Shown: positions 13,157 through 22,934 of the stretch, piece by piece
Layout: the number at the start of each line of letters is the position of its first letter
How positions within the stretch are numbered: the stretch's first letter is position 1
Source: an uncultured Gemmatimonadales bacterium
GTDB lineage: Bacteria > Gemmatimonadota > Gemmatimonadetes > Longimicrobiales > Longimicrobiaceae
DNA length: 64,000 nt
Assembly (NCBI GenBank): GCA_963716255.1
Contig: OY970303.1
Location: 5,920,001-5,984,000, forward strand
Direction: 5' to 3'
Translations under genes and position numbers: made by a program
The notes under the pieces: generated by a model
What the model was told of the DNA's origin: nothing
The model's database searches: none
The model's input: the letters and a program-made list of their open reading frames with translations, nothing else

Positions 13157-14557
13157 ATGAATCGCACCAAGATGAAGGTCGCGTCCGCCAGGTGGGGCCG
13201 CTGGTCCCACCTCGGCGTGGCGGTCCTGGCGCTCTCGGCGGCCGCCTGCGACGTCGACAGCCTGACCGAGCTGCCCGATCCGGACATCATCGGCAGCCAG
13301 ATCGCGTCGGACACGGCGAACATCCTGATCCTGCGCAACGGCGTGCAGTTCGAGTTCGGCCGCGCGCTGACCGGGCCCGCCGCGAACAACAACGAGCCCG
13401 GCATCGCTGGCACGGGCGGGCTGCTGGCGGACGAGCTGTGGTACTCCAGCACCTTCCCGACCATGCGGGAGATCGACGGGCGGAACACGTCGGTCGACAA
13501 CAGCAACCTGGCGAACGTGTACCGCTACGTTCACCGGGCCCGCAACCTGGCCGAGCGCGCGGCGGAGGTCTACGTGGCCTCGCCCCGGGCCAACTCGGCG
13601 GACCACGCGCTGATGCTGAACTACGCGGCGTTCTCGTACGTGTATTTCGGGGAGAACTTCTGCTCCGGCGTGCCGTTCAGCAACGCGGCGCTTTCCGGCG
13701 AGCTGACGTTCGGGCCGGCGAACACGACGCAGCAGATCTTCGAGCTGGCGCTGCAGAAGTTCGACCAGGCGCTGGTCGTGGCGACGGCCAGCGGCAACGC
13801 GGCCCAGATCAACCTGGCCCGGGTCGGCCGGGGCCGCGCGCTGATCAACCTCAACCGCCCGGCCGAGGCCGCGACGGCGGTGGCCGCGGTGCCGACCAAC
13901 TTCACGTACACCGTTGCCTTCAGCGATCCGACGAACGCCCCGGGGAACGGCATCTTCTACCACATCAACTCGGAGCGGCGGTCCTCCGCCGCCACCGACG
14001 AGGGCACGAACGGGCTGCACTTCTTCAACCGGGTGACGGCCGCGGATTCGGCCCTGACGCGGACGACCGACCCGCGGACGCCGGTCACCCACGTCCGTGC
14101 CGGCGCGACCGGAAACCCGACGGCGCCGGTGTACGCCCAGCAGAAGTACGCCACCCGTGGCGCGGCCATTCCGGTGGCCAACGGCGTCGAGGCTCGCCTG
14201 ATCGAGGCCGAGGCGCAGCTGCGGGCGGGGAACACCGCGGGGATGCTGACGACGCTCAACGCGCTGCGCTCCGGCGGCGGCGTCGCGGGACTCGCCCCGC
14301 TGGCCGCTCCGGCCAACGCCAACGCGGCCCGTGACATGCTCTTCCGGGAGCGTGCCTTCTGGCTGTGGCTGACGGGGCACCGCCTGGGCGACATGCGCCG
14401 CCTGATCCGCCAGTACGGGATGACGGCGAACCAGGTGTTCCCGGTCGGTCAGACCATCTTCGGAGCCAACTACGGGAGCGACGTCAACCTGCCGATCCCG
14501 CAGGCGGAGCAGAACAACCCGGAGTTTTCGGGCGCTTGCCTCGACCGCAACGCCTGA
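13157..14557 (+). CDS. SusD/RagB-family lipoprotein
   Basis: Lipobox SAAAC, RLIEAEA, RERAFWLWLTGHRLGDMRR, LPIPQAEQNNP; directly after susC. Confidence 0.88.
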   Translation: MNRTKMKVASARWGRWSHLGVAVLALSAAACDVDSLTELPDPDIIGSQIASDTANILILRNGVQFEFGRALTGPAANNNEPGIAGTGGLLADELWYSSTFPTMREIDGRNTSVDNSNLANVYRYVHRARNLAERAAEVYVASPRANSADHALMLNYAAFSYVYFGENFCSGVPFSNAALSGELTFGPANTTQQIFELALQKFDQALVVATASGNAAQINLARVGRGRALINLNRPAEAATAVAAVPTNFTYTVAFSDPTNAPGNGIFYHINSERRSSAATDEGTNGLHFFNRVTAADSALTRTTDPRTPVTHVRAGATGNPTAPVYAQQKYATRGAAIPVANGVEARLIEAEAQLRAGNTAGMLTTLNALRSGGGVAGLAPLAAPANANAARDMLFRERAFWLWLTGHRLGDMRRLIRQYGMTANQVFPVGQTIFGANYGSDVNLPIPQAEQNNPEFSGACLDRNA

Positions 14558-14600
14558 CCGGGACCCTTCCGGCGCGGTCCGGCCGGAGCGGGTGAACGAG

Positions 14601-14640
14601 GGGACGGGGAGGGGGCGAAAGCTCCCTCCCCGTTCCCTTT
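14601..14640 (+). terminator. Probable terminator hairpin after susD
   Basis: GGGACGGGGAGGG...CCCTCCCCGTTCCC-TTT. Confidence 0.55.
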
Positions 14641-14789
14641 CCCGTCCCCGGGGCGCGGCTCCCGGGGTCCCCTTCTGCGCAGGTGTATATCCTGTTATAC
14701 TATAGCGTTGCGCAGATCGTCCGCGACGCTCCACCCCGGAGCGTGACCTGGACGAGGTTTCCCTTCCTGTGCCACCTTCTCACTTCACG

Positions 14790-16469
14790 ATGATGAGCCA
14801 CTGGCAGCGCCTCGGCGCCTTCCTCCCGGTCGCCCTTTCCGCGTTCCTCGCGGCCTGCGGCGACGGCCCCAGCAATCCCGGTCCCGGGCCCACCGGCAAC
14901 GGCCTCAACCTGCGGATCGAGACGGCGTACCTGGTCCAGGTGACGCAGAACCGCCAGGGCACGGTGCCGCTGGTGGCGAACCGGGACGCTTACGTGCGCG
15001 TGTTCGTGGTCGCCGACCGGGCCAACACGGCGGCTCCGGCGGTCCGGGTGCGCCTGTACCAGGGCGAGACGCTGCGCGAGACTCTGACCATTCCCGCCGA
15101 CGGAGCTTCGGTCCCGACGGCCGTGGACCAGGGGAACCTGGCCGCCTCGTGGGACGTCAAGGTCCCCGCGTCCATGATCCAGCCCGGGCTGCGCATGGTG
15201 GCCGACGTCGACCCGTCGGGCGCGGTGGCCGAGTCCAACGAGGGCGACAACACGTTCCCGGCGAACGGGACGCCCGTGGCCCTGAACGTGGCGGCCATTC
15301 CGCCGCTGAAGGTCCGCTTCGTCCCCATCCACCAGCGAGCCAACGGCCTGGTGGGCCGGGTGACCGAGGCGAACAAGCACGACTTCATGACGATGACCCG
15401 GAAGCTCCACCCCATCCCGGGCTACGACGCGGACGTCCGCGCGCCGTTCACGGTGGAGGGGCTCAGCCTGGATCCCGCGGGGAACAGCTGGCTGGGGCTG
15501 GTCACCGAGCTGAACGCGGTGCGCGTCGCGGAGGGGAGCGACCGCTACTACTACGGCGTGGTGCAGACGGAGTACCCGGGCGGCGGGGTGGTGGGAATCG
15601 CGGTGAACATCCCGAGCCGGACCTCGCTGGGGTGGGACCGCCCCTCGGACGCGGCGGAGACGGTGGCGCACGAGCTGGGGCACAACCTGGGGCGCTTCCA
15701 CGCCCCGTGCGGCGGGGCCGGCGGCGCCGACCCGGGATACCCGTACCAGCTGGGGCTGATCGGCGTGTACGGGATGGACGTGGAGACCGGCGAGCTCAAG
15801 GCGCCGATCGAGCACACGGACATCATGGGGTACTGCGACGCCAAGTTCTGGATCAGCGACTACAACTACACCGGCATCTACAACTACCTGCGGAGCACGG
15901 CCGCTGCGTCCACGGCGGCGCAGTCGTCGCTGCTCGTGTGGGGGAGCATCCGGGACGGCAGGGTGGTGCTCGAGCCCGCGTTCCAGGTGACCACCCGTCC
16001 GGCGCTCCCCGCCGCCCCCGGGCCGTACAGGGTGGAGGGGGTGGACGCCGCGGGCGAGGTGATCTTCTCGCTTTCCTTCGCGGGCGACAGGATCCCCGAC
16101 CTGCAGGGCGACCAGCGCCTCTTCGCCTTCGCGCTCCCGCTGGCCCCGCAGCAGATGGACCGGCTGGCGACGCTGCGCGTGGTGCGCAGGGGCGTGGACA
16201 CGGGTGCCGCCGGGGTGACGGAGCGCCGCGCCTCGCTCGCCGCGGCGCCGCGCGCCTCGGTGGCGCGGCAGGGCGCCGACCGGCTCGCGGTGCGCTGGGA
16301 CGCGAGCGCCTACCCCATGGCGATGGTGCGCGACGCGCGCACCGGCGAGATCCTGACGCTGGCGCGCGGCGGGACGGCGGAGGTCCGCGCGCGCGCCGGC
16401 GACGTGGAGCTGGTCCTTTCGGACGGGGTGCGGAGCTCGACCCGTCGCGTCTCGGCCGGCGGGCTCTGA
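14790..16469 (+). CDS. lipoprotein zinc metallopeptidase (M66/metzincin-like) with CARDB-like segment
   Basis: Lipobox LAAC; VAESNEGDN; HELGHNLGRFH zinc motif; Met-turn DIMGYC. Confidence 0.75.
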   Translation: MMSHWQRLGAFLPVALSAFLAACGDGPSNPGPGPTGNGLNLRIETAYLVQVTQNRQGTVPLVANRDAYVRVFVVADRANTAAPAVRVRLYQGETLRETLTIPADGASVPTAVDQGNLAASWDVKVPASMIQPGLRMVADVDPSGAVAESNEGDNTFPANGTPVALNVAAIPPLKVRFVPIHQRANGLVGRVTEANKHDFMTMTRKLHPIPGYDADVRAPFTVEGLSLDPAGNSWLGLVTELNAVRVAEGSDRYYYGVVQTEYPGGGVVGIAVNIPSRTSLGWDRPSDAAETVAHELGHNLGRFHAPCGGAGGADPGYPYQLGLIGVYGMDVETGELKAPIEHTDIMGYCDAKFWISDYNYTGIYNYLRSTAAASTAAQSSLLVWGSIRDGRVVLEPAFQVTTRPALPAAPGPYRVEGVDAAGEVIFSLSFAGDRIPDLQGDQRLFAFALPLAPQQMDRLATLRVVRRGVDTGAAGVTERRASLAAAPRASVARQGADRLAVRWDASAYPMAMVRDARTGEILTLARGGTAEVRARAGDVELVLSDGVRSSTRRVSAGGL

Positions 16470-16565
16470 GCGGCCGGGGCGGGCCGGGGTGGGCGGGATG
16501 ATCATGGAGCGGGGGGAGGGAGCCTGGGGGGCTGCCTCCCCCCGCTCGTTCGCGCGGGTGCGGCG

Positions 16566-17084
16566 ATGACGGAGCCGGTGCTGATCGGCGTGGGCTCCAA
16601 CCTGGACGACCCCGTGGAGCGCCTGGCGGAGGCCGTGCGCCGGCTGGAGGGCGCGGTGGAGGTGCTCGCCGCGTCGTCGGTGTACCGCTCGGAGCCGGTG
16701 GGCTTCCGCGAGCAGCCGGACTTCTACAACCTGGTGGTCCGTGGCCGCACGGCGCTGGAGCCGCACGCGCTGCTGGCGCGCCTGCACGCGGTGGAGGATG
16801 CGATGGGCCGCCGGCGCAGCTTCGTGGGCGCCCCGCGCGTCATCGACCTGGACCTGCTGGCCTGCGGCGGGGTGGTGCTGGACGGCCCGGAGCTGACGCT
16901 GCCGCATCCCCGCATGGCGGAGCGGGCGTTCGTGCTGGTGCCGCTGGCGGAGGTGGCACCGGAGTGGCGGCACCCGCGGGTGGGGCGAACGGCTCGGGAG
17001 TTGCTTGCAGGAGCGGGTACGCTGGAACGCATCGAGCGGTGGGGCGAGCTCCCCGCCGGCGCCTCCGGCCCGCCGGCCCCCTGA
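16566..17084 (+). CDS. folK: 2-amino-4-hydroxy-6-hydroxymethyldihydropteridine diphosphokinase
   Basis: IGVGSNL, SSVYRSEP, PRVIDLDLL, LPHPRMAERAFVLVPL. Confidence 0.93.
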   Translation: MTEPVLIGVGSNLDDPVERLAEAVRRLEGAVEVLAASSVYRSEPVGFREQPDFYNLVVRGRTALEPHALLARLHAVEDAMGRRRSFVGAPRVIDLDLLACGGVVLDGPELTLPHPRMAERAFVLVPLAEVAPEWRHPRVGRTARELLAGAGTLERIERWGELPAGASGPPAP

Positions 17085-17115
17085 GGGTCGCATCCCAATC
17101 CCTCGCAGAGGCCGA

Positions 17116-18270
17116 ATGGCACCGACGTCCGGGGAGTACACGGTAGGGGTGGAGGAGGAGTACCAGCTCGTCGACCGGGAGAGCGGCGAGCTGAAGAGTC
17201 GCGCCCGCTCGGTGATCGCGCTGGACTGGAGCGGCGACATCAAGCCGGAGATGCAGGAGAACACCGTGGAGGTGGAGACCCGCATCTGCCCCGACACCGG
17301 GTGCGTGCGCGACGAGCTGGCGCGGCTGCGGCTGCAGGCGGCCGTCGCGGCGGAGGCGCGCGGGCTGCGCGTGGTGGCGGCGGGGACGCACCCCTTCAGC
17401 GGGTGGGAGGACCAGGTGTTCAGCCCGGGCGAGGTGTACGCCAGCATCCGCGAGGAGTACCGGCGCCTGGCCGAGACGCAGAACATCTTCGGGATGCACG
17501 TGCACGTGTCGGTGCCGGAGGGGGTGGACCGGGTGCGGGTGATGAACGCGTCGCGCCACTTCCTCCCCCACCTCCTGGCGCTGACCGCCAGCTCCCCGTT
17601 ATACCTAGGGGAGGACTCGGGCTACGCCTCGTACCGGTCCATCCTGTGGCGCCGGTGGCCGCGCTCGGGCGCGCCCCCGCGCCTGGAGGACGCGGCGGAG
17701 TTCCGGCGGCTGGTGGAGCTGCTGACGGAAACGGGGTGCATCGACGCGCCGGGGCGGGTCTACTGGGAGATCCGCCCGCACCACGTCTACCCCACGCTGG
17801 AATACCGCGTGGCGGACGTGACGCCCCGCCTGGAGGACGCGGTGACGGCGGCCGCGCTGGCCCGCGCGGTGACCGCGGGGGTGGTGGAGGGCGTGCTGCG
17901 CGAGCCCGACCTCCCGGAGGCGCTGGTGGGCACGCTGCTGCGCGAGAACGCCTGGCGGGCCTCGCGCGACGGGGTGGGCGCGGAGCTCCTGGAGATGGAG
18001 GGCGACCGGGTCACGGTGGTTTCCGCGCGGGAGGCGCTGCTCCGGCTGGCGGAGCGGCTGGCCCCCATCGCGGAGCGCCTGGGCGACGGACCGCTGCTCG
18101 CCGGGCTCCCCGCCGTGCTGGAGCGGGGCGACGCGGCGGCGCGGATCCGTGCGCGCGCGGCGGAGGTGGGCGGCGACCTGCGCGAGGTGGTTCGCTGGCT
18201 GGCGGACGAAACGGTGCTCGGGGTGGGGCTGGACCGGCGCACGGAGCAGAGGGAGGCCTTGGTCGAATGA
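17116..18270 (+). CDS. YbdK-family carboxylate-amine ligase (glutamate--cysteine ligase-like)
   Basis: TVGVEEEYQLVD, AGTHPF, FGMHVHV, SSP, WEIRP..YPTLEYRVAD. Confidence 0.88.
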   Translation: MAPTSGEYTVGVEEEYQLVDRESGELKSRARSVIALDWSGDIKPEMQENTVEVETRICPDTGCVRDELARLRLQAAVAAEARGLRVVAAGTHPFSGWEDQVFSPGEVYASIREEYRRLAETQNIFGMHVHVSVPEGVDRVRVMNASRHFLPHLLALTASSPLYLGEDSGYASYRSILWRRWPRSGAPPRLEDAAEFRRLVELLTETGCIDAPGRVYWEIRPHHVYPTLEYRVADVTPRLEDAVTAAALARAVTAGVVEGVLREPDLPEALVGTLLRENAWRASRDGVGAELLEMEGDRVTVVSAREALLRLAERLAPIAERLGDGPLLAGLPAVLERGDAAARIRARAAEVGGDLREVVRWLADETVLGVGLDRRTEQREALVE

Positions 18271-19472
18271 AGAGCATGCATCGCATCCGGGTGGCCGCCT
18301 CGCCGGCGGCGGCGGAGCCCGCGGCCGGCGGCAACGTCGCCGCCAACGGCAACGGCGGCGGGACGGCCGCCGGCGGAGGCGCCCCCGCGAGCGGGTACGA
18401 GATCCTGATCGGCTCGGGGCTGCTGGCCTCGGTCCCCTCGATCGTTTCCCGCTGCGCGCCGGCGTACCGCTACGCGGTGATCACCGACCACCACGTGGCC
18501 GAGCTGTACGCGCTGCGCATGGCGCGCGGCCTCCACGCCGCCGGGCACCGGGTGGAGACCTTCGCCTTTCCCGCCGGGGAAGCGCAGAAGACGCGCGAGA
18601 CCTGGGCGGAGATCACCGACGCCATGCTGGAGACGGGGATCGGGCGGGACTCGGCGGTGGTGGCGTTCGGCGGCGGCGTGGCGGGCGACCTGGGCGGCTT
18701 CGTGGCGGCCACGTACATGCGCGGCCTCCCGTTCGTCCAGGTGCCCACCAGCCTGCTGGCCATGATCGACGCGTCGGTGGGCGGCAAGGTGGGGGTGGAC
18801 ACCCCGGGCGGGAAGAACCTGGTGGGCGCCTTCCACCGGCCGTGCGCGGTGATCGTGGACCCCGACCTGCTGCGCACGCTCCCGCCGGAGCACCTGCGTG
18901 CCGGGCTCGCCGAGGCGGTGAAGCACGGCGCCATCGCCGACCGCGAGTACCTGGAGTGGATCGAGGAGTCGGCGCAACTGCTGGTGGCCGGCGACCCGGA
19001 GGCGCTGTCGCGGCTCATCGTGCGCTCCGTGGAGATCAAGGCGGAGATGGTGATGCGCGACGAGCACGAGACCGGCCCGCGCAAGCTCCTCAACTTCGGG
19101 CACACGGTGGGGCACGCGGTGGAGGCGCTCTCCGGCTACACCCTGCTGCACGGCGAGGCGGTGTCCATCGGGATGGTGGCGGAGACGCGCATCGCGGAGC
19201 GCATGGGCGTGGCGGGGAAGGGGACCACCGAGCGCCTGCGCCAGGTGCTGTCGCGCCTGGGGCTTCCCACCGCCATGCCCATGACCTGGAGCGCCGAGGA
19301 AGTGGTGTCGCGCACGCGGGTCGACAAGAAGGCGCGGGGCGACCGGGTCGAGTACGCGCTGATCTGTGCCCCGGGGGTGCCGGCGCAGGGGATCGACGGG
19401 CGCTGGGGGTACGCGGTGGCGGACGAGATCGCCAAGGGAGCGCTCGGCATCGGGGCGGGGGCGGGGGTTTGA
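18267..19472 (+). CDS. aroB: 3-dehydroquinate synthase
   Basis: GGGVAGDLGGF, RG..FVQVPTSLLAMIDASVGGK, KNLVGAF, LNFGHTVGHA, LLHGEAV. Confidence 0.94.
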   Translation: MKSMHRIRVAASPAAAEPAAGGNVAANGNGGGTAAGGGAPASGYEILIGSGLLASVPSIVSRCAPAYRYAVITDHHVAELYALRMARGLHAAGHRVETFAFPAGEAQKTRETWAEITDAMLETGIGRDSAVVAFGGGVAGDLGGFVAATYMRGLPFVQVPTSLLAMIDASVGGKVGVDTPGGKNLVGAFHRPCAVIVDPDLLRTLPPEHLRAGLAEAVKHGAIADREYLEWIEESAQLLVAGDPEALSRLIVRSVEIKAEMVMRDEHETGPRKLLNFGHTVGHAVEALSGYTLLHGEAVSIGMVAETRIAERMGVAGKGTTERLRQVLSRLGLPTAMPMTWSAEEVVSRTRVDKKARGDRVEYALICAPGVPAQGIDGRWGYAVADEIAKGALGIGAGAGV

Positions 19473-19518
19473 TGATGCGCTTCTTCTAGCTTCGGCGGGC
19501 GGCTCCGGGGCTGGCGGA

Positions 19519-19667
19519 TCGCTACGGAGCCGGACGATACTGCCGTCCGTCTCCTCCGCGGGCTCCGGGAACCCCGCCAAACGGCCGGCGGGTTTCCCTC
19601 TGCCGGAGGGAGCCTCGCCAAACGGCCGGCGAGTCTCCTTCCGTCAAAGATCATATGGGTACTGCGG
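19519..19667 (+). repeat. Structured repeat family A, copy A2
   Basis: Three hairpin modules; module 2 has compensatory GAA/TTC base. Confidence 0.9.
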
Positions 19668-20230
19668 GAACTGCGAACGGCGCCCCGCCGGGAGATCCCG
19701 GTCCGGGGCGCCGTCTCTTCGGCCTCGCGTTCGACCGGGCGGCCGTCCTCCGGCTGGTGCCGGTGCTCCTCCTGCTCCACAACGCGGAGGAGGCGCTCTT
19801 CATGCGCGCCGTCCTCCCCCGGGTCGCCACCCTCGTACCGCCCGCGCTCCGGCACGTCGTCCCCGCCGTCACCTACCCGCAGTTCCTCCTCGCGCTCGCC
19901 GCCGTGACAGCCGTCCCGCTCGCCGTCGCCCTGGTGGGCGACCTCCGTGGGTCCGGCCCCGCGACGGTCTTCCTGCTGTTCGTGCAGGCGGTGCTGCTGG
20001 TCAACGTCCTTTCCCACGTCGCGTCCGCCGTTTTCCTGGCCGGGTATTCGCCCGGCCTCGCCACCGCGCTCGCCGTCAACCTGCCGTTCTCCGTGTACCT
20101 GCTGCGCCGCGCCCGCCAGGAGCGCTGGGTCGGCGGCCGGACGCTCCTGTCGCTCCTCCCCGCCGCGCTCCTCTTCCACGGCCCCGGCCTGCTCGCCCTG
20201 CTTGCCGCCGCCGGCCGGCTGGCCCGCTGA
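19655..20230 (+). CDS. HXXEE-domain membrane protein (start uncertain)
   Basis: LHNAEE, NVLSHV, YSPGLATA, several hydrophobic helices. Confidence 0.75.
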   Translation: MGTAGTANGAPPGDPGPGRRLFGLAFDRAAVLRLVPVLLLLHNAEEALFMRAVLPRVATLVPPALRHVVPAVTYPQFLLALAAVTAVPLAVALVGDLRGSGPATVFLLFVQAVLLVNVLSHVASAVFLAGYSPGLATALAVNLPFSVYLLRRARQERWVGGRTLLSLLPAALLFHGPGLLALLAAAGRLAR

Positions 20231-20298
20231 CGCACTGCGCTCCACCCCACCTACGAACGGCGCCCCTGCCGGGATCTCCCGGCCGGGGCGCCGCTCGC

Positions 20299-20323
20299 TT
20301 GCAGGCTGTTCCCTGTTCCCTGC
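20299..20323 (+). repeat. 25-bp direct repeat, copy 1 (identical to 22697-22721)
   Basis: TTGCAGGCTGTTCCCTGTTCCCTGC. Confidence 0.75.
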
Positions 20324-20332
20324 CGTTCCGCC

Positions 20333-22582
20333 CTACCCCAGCATCTCCTTCATCCGGGCGAAGAAGTTTCCCTTCAGCTCCTGCCGGTCCTCCTCCGAAA
20401 GGGAGCTGGCGGAGCCCGAGCGGATCTCCATCAGCTCGCGGGGGACCTCCTTGAGGAAGCGGGAGGGCTGGCGCGGGACGGGCTCGCGCGGGGAGCGCGG
20501 GCGCGACTCGCCGTCCTCGTCCGTCGCGGGCTTGGGGCGGCCGCCGCCGCGCACGGCGCAGCCGGAAAGGGTGAGGCGGTGGCGGGCGCGGGTGATCCCC
20601 ACGTAGAAGAGGCGGCGCTCCTCGGCGATGGGGTCGGGGGCGCCGGGCTCCGTCTCGGCGACGGCGTGGACGCTGCGGGCGTGCGGAAGGATCTCCTCCT
20701 CCAGCCCCACCAGGAACACGTGCGTGAACTCCAGCCCCTTGGCCGCGTGCAGCGTCATCAGCGTGACCTTGTCGGCCTCCTCCTCCTTGTCCTTGTCCTT
20801 GCGGGAGTCCTCGTCCTCGGTGAGGGAGACGCGCTCCAGAAAGGATTCCAGGCGGGGGGGGTGCCAGTCGTCCTCCTCGTCGGGGAGCGGCTTCTCGGCC
20901 CAGGTGCGCGCCTCGTACGTGCCGATGGAGGCGATGAAGTCGCGCAGGTTGTCCACGCGGATCTCCGCCACCTTCTCGGCCTTGTTCTCGGCGCGGATCG
21001 CCTCCTCCAGGCGCACCCGCTTCAGGAACTCGCGGGCGAAGCCCTCCAGCGAGCGCCCCATGGGCTCGCCGGAGTGGATCGCGGCCTCCGCGGCCTGGAA
21101 CTCCGTGCGCGCCTCCTCCACCATCTCCACGAAGTGGCGCACCGCCTCCGCCTGGGCGCGCGACAGGCCGTCGTCGCCGCCCGCCTCCCGCAGGGCGTCC
21201 CACAGCGTCTGCTTCTTCAGGCGCGCCGACTCCACCAGCCTGAGGAGCGAGGTCCGCCCGATGCCGCGGGTGGGATAGTTGATCACCCGGCGCAGCGCCA
21301 CCTCGTCGCGCGGGTTGGTGACGATGCGCAGGTACGCCACCGCGTCCGCGATCTCCTTGCGGTCGAAGTACGAGGTGCCGCCCACCACCCGGTAGGGGAT
21401 GTTGGCGGCGCGCAGCGCCTCCTCCAGCGGGCGCGACTGCAGGTTGGTGCGGTACAGCACCCCGAAGTCGGCCCACTTCAGCTTCTCGGTGAAGCGCCGC
21501 AGCCCCGTCTCGCGCGCCACCATCTCCGCCTCCTCCTCCTCGGCGGTCTTTGCCCCGGAGCCGCGGAACTCCCAGTAGTCCAGCTTGGGCCCCGGGCCGT
21601 TCCCGGTGCGGAGGCGCTTCTCCTTGCGCGACGTGTTGTTGACGATGACCGCGTTGGCGGCGTCCAGGATGCGCTGCGTGGAGCGGTAGTTCTCCTCCAG
21701 GACCACCACCCCGGCGCCGGGGTAGTGGCGCTCGAAGTCCAGGATGCTGCGGTGGTCCGCGCCGCGCCACGCGTAGATGGACTGGTCGTCGTCGCCCACC
21801 ACGCACAGGTTCTTGCGCGGTCCCGCCAGAAGGCGCGCCATCTCCAGCTGCGCGCCGTTGGTGTCCTGGTACTCGTCGATCATCAGGTAGTGCCAGCGCT
21901 TCCATAGCGCCTCGCGCGTCCCGGCGTCCTCGCGCAGCAGCTGCACCGGGAGCAGGAGGAGGTCGTCGAAGTCGGCGGCGCCGGCCGCCCGCAGCGCCTC
22001 CTCGTAGCGCGGGTACACGTCCGCCGCCAGCACCGCGTAGTCGTCGGCGCGATTGCCGCGCACCTTTCCTTCGGCCACCTCGCGCGCCGCCTCCAGCGGG
22101 GTCACCAGGCGGTTCTTCCACGAGGAGATGGCGTGCAGCACCCGCTTGACGTCGAACTTGTCGTCGCCGGCGGTGGCGGCCACGTGCACCTCCTCGGCGA
22201 GGATGCGCTTGGCGAGCGACTGCTGGTCGCCGGTGGCGTAGATGGAGAACTTCCTGGGGAGGCCGATGCGCTCGCCGTGCTCGCGGAGGATGCGTGCCCC
22301 CAGCGAGTGGAAGGTGGAGAGCAGCACCCCCTTGGCCGGCTTCCCCACCATGGAGGCCACGCGCTCGCGCATCTCGCCGGCCGCCTTGTTGGTGAAGGTC
22401 ACGGCGAGGATGCGCCGCGGCTCCACGCCCTTGTTGAGCAGGTGGGCGATGCGGTAGACGAGCGTGCGCGTCTTGCCGGAGCCGGCGCCGGCGAGCACCA
22501 GCAGCGGCCCCTCGGTGGCGAGCGCGGCCTGCTGCTGCTCGGGGTTGAGCCCGCGGAGGTACTGGGGGACGTGGGACGACAA
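20333..22582 (-). CDS. UvrD/Rep/PcrA family ATP-dependent DNA helicase
   Basis: LNPEQ, AGAGSGKT, TFTNKAA, DEYQDTN, VGDDDQSIY, ENYRS, TLHAAKGLEF, EERRLFYVGITRA. Confidence 0.95.
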   Translation of the reverse strand: MSSHVPQYLRGLNPEQQQAALATEGPLLVLAGAGSGKTRTLVYRIAHLLNKGVEPRRILAVTFTNKAAGEMRERVASMVGKPAKGVLLSTFHSLGARILREHGERIGLPRKFSIYATGDQQSLAKRILAEEVHVAATAGDDKFDVKRVLHAISSWKNRLVTPLEAAREVAEGKVRGNRADDYAVLAADVYPRYEEALRAAGAADFDDLLLLPVQLLREDAGTREALWKRWHYLMIDEYQDTNGAQLEMARLLAGPRKNLCVVGDDDQSIYAWRGADHRSILDFERHYPGAGVVVLEENYRSTQRILDAANAVIVNNTSRKEKRLRTGNGPGPKLDYWEFRGSGAKTAEEEEAEMVARETGLRRFTEKLKWADFGVLYRTNLQSRPLEEALRAANIPYRVVGGTSYFDRKEIADAVAYLRIVTNPRDEVALRRVINYPTRGIGRTSLLRLVESARLKKQTLWDALREAGGDDGLSRAQAEAVRHFVEMVEEARTEFQAAEAAIHSGEPMGRSLEGFAREFLKRVRLEEAIRAENKAEKVAEIRVDNLRDFIASIGTYEARTWAEKPLPDEEDDWHPPRLESFLERVSLTEDEDSRKDKDKEEEADKVTLMTLHAAKGLEFTHVFLVGLEEEILPHARSVHAVAETEPGAPDPIAEERRLFYVGITRARHRLTLSGCAVRGGGRPKPATDEDGESRPRSPREPVPRQPSRFLKEVPRELMEIRSGSASSLSEEDRQELKGNFFARMKEMLG

Positions 22583-22696
22583 GGTGCGGAACGGCTAGGG
22601 AACAGGGAATCCACCCCGGACTGCCCCGTCCACCACCCCAGGGAAGAGGGAACAGCCCCCGAACTGCAAACGACCTCGGTCGTGCCGTCGCTGTCG

Positions 22697-22721
22697 TTGC
22701 AGGCTGTTCCCTGTTCCCTGC
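22697..22721 (+). repeat. 25-bp direct repeat, copy 2
   Basis: TTGCAGGCTGTTCCCTGTTCCCTGC followed by further CCCTGTT units. Confidence 0.75.
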
Positions 22722-22865
22722 TCCCTGTTCCCTCGGGGTCCGGGGCGGGAGCGGGGGCGGCGGGAAGGACCCGAAGATACCCCCGCGCCCGACGGGTGTA
22801 AAGCGCTCCGAAAGGGGGGCGGGCGGGGGCGGGGGCGAGCAGCAAAAACTCCCGAAAAGCCGAGT

Positions 22866-22894
22866 TTGACGCGAATCGGTGTCCCCGCTATGTT
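22866..22894 (+). promoter_or_regulatory. sigma-70-type promoter for the acyl-CoA ligase
   Basis: TTGACG-N17-TATGTT; RBS GGAGG before ATG 22935. Confidence 0.55.
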
Positions 22895-22934
22895 TGTCGC
22901 GGCGTTTCAGGCCGAACACCCGTCCGGAGGTTTC

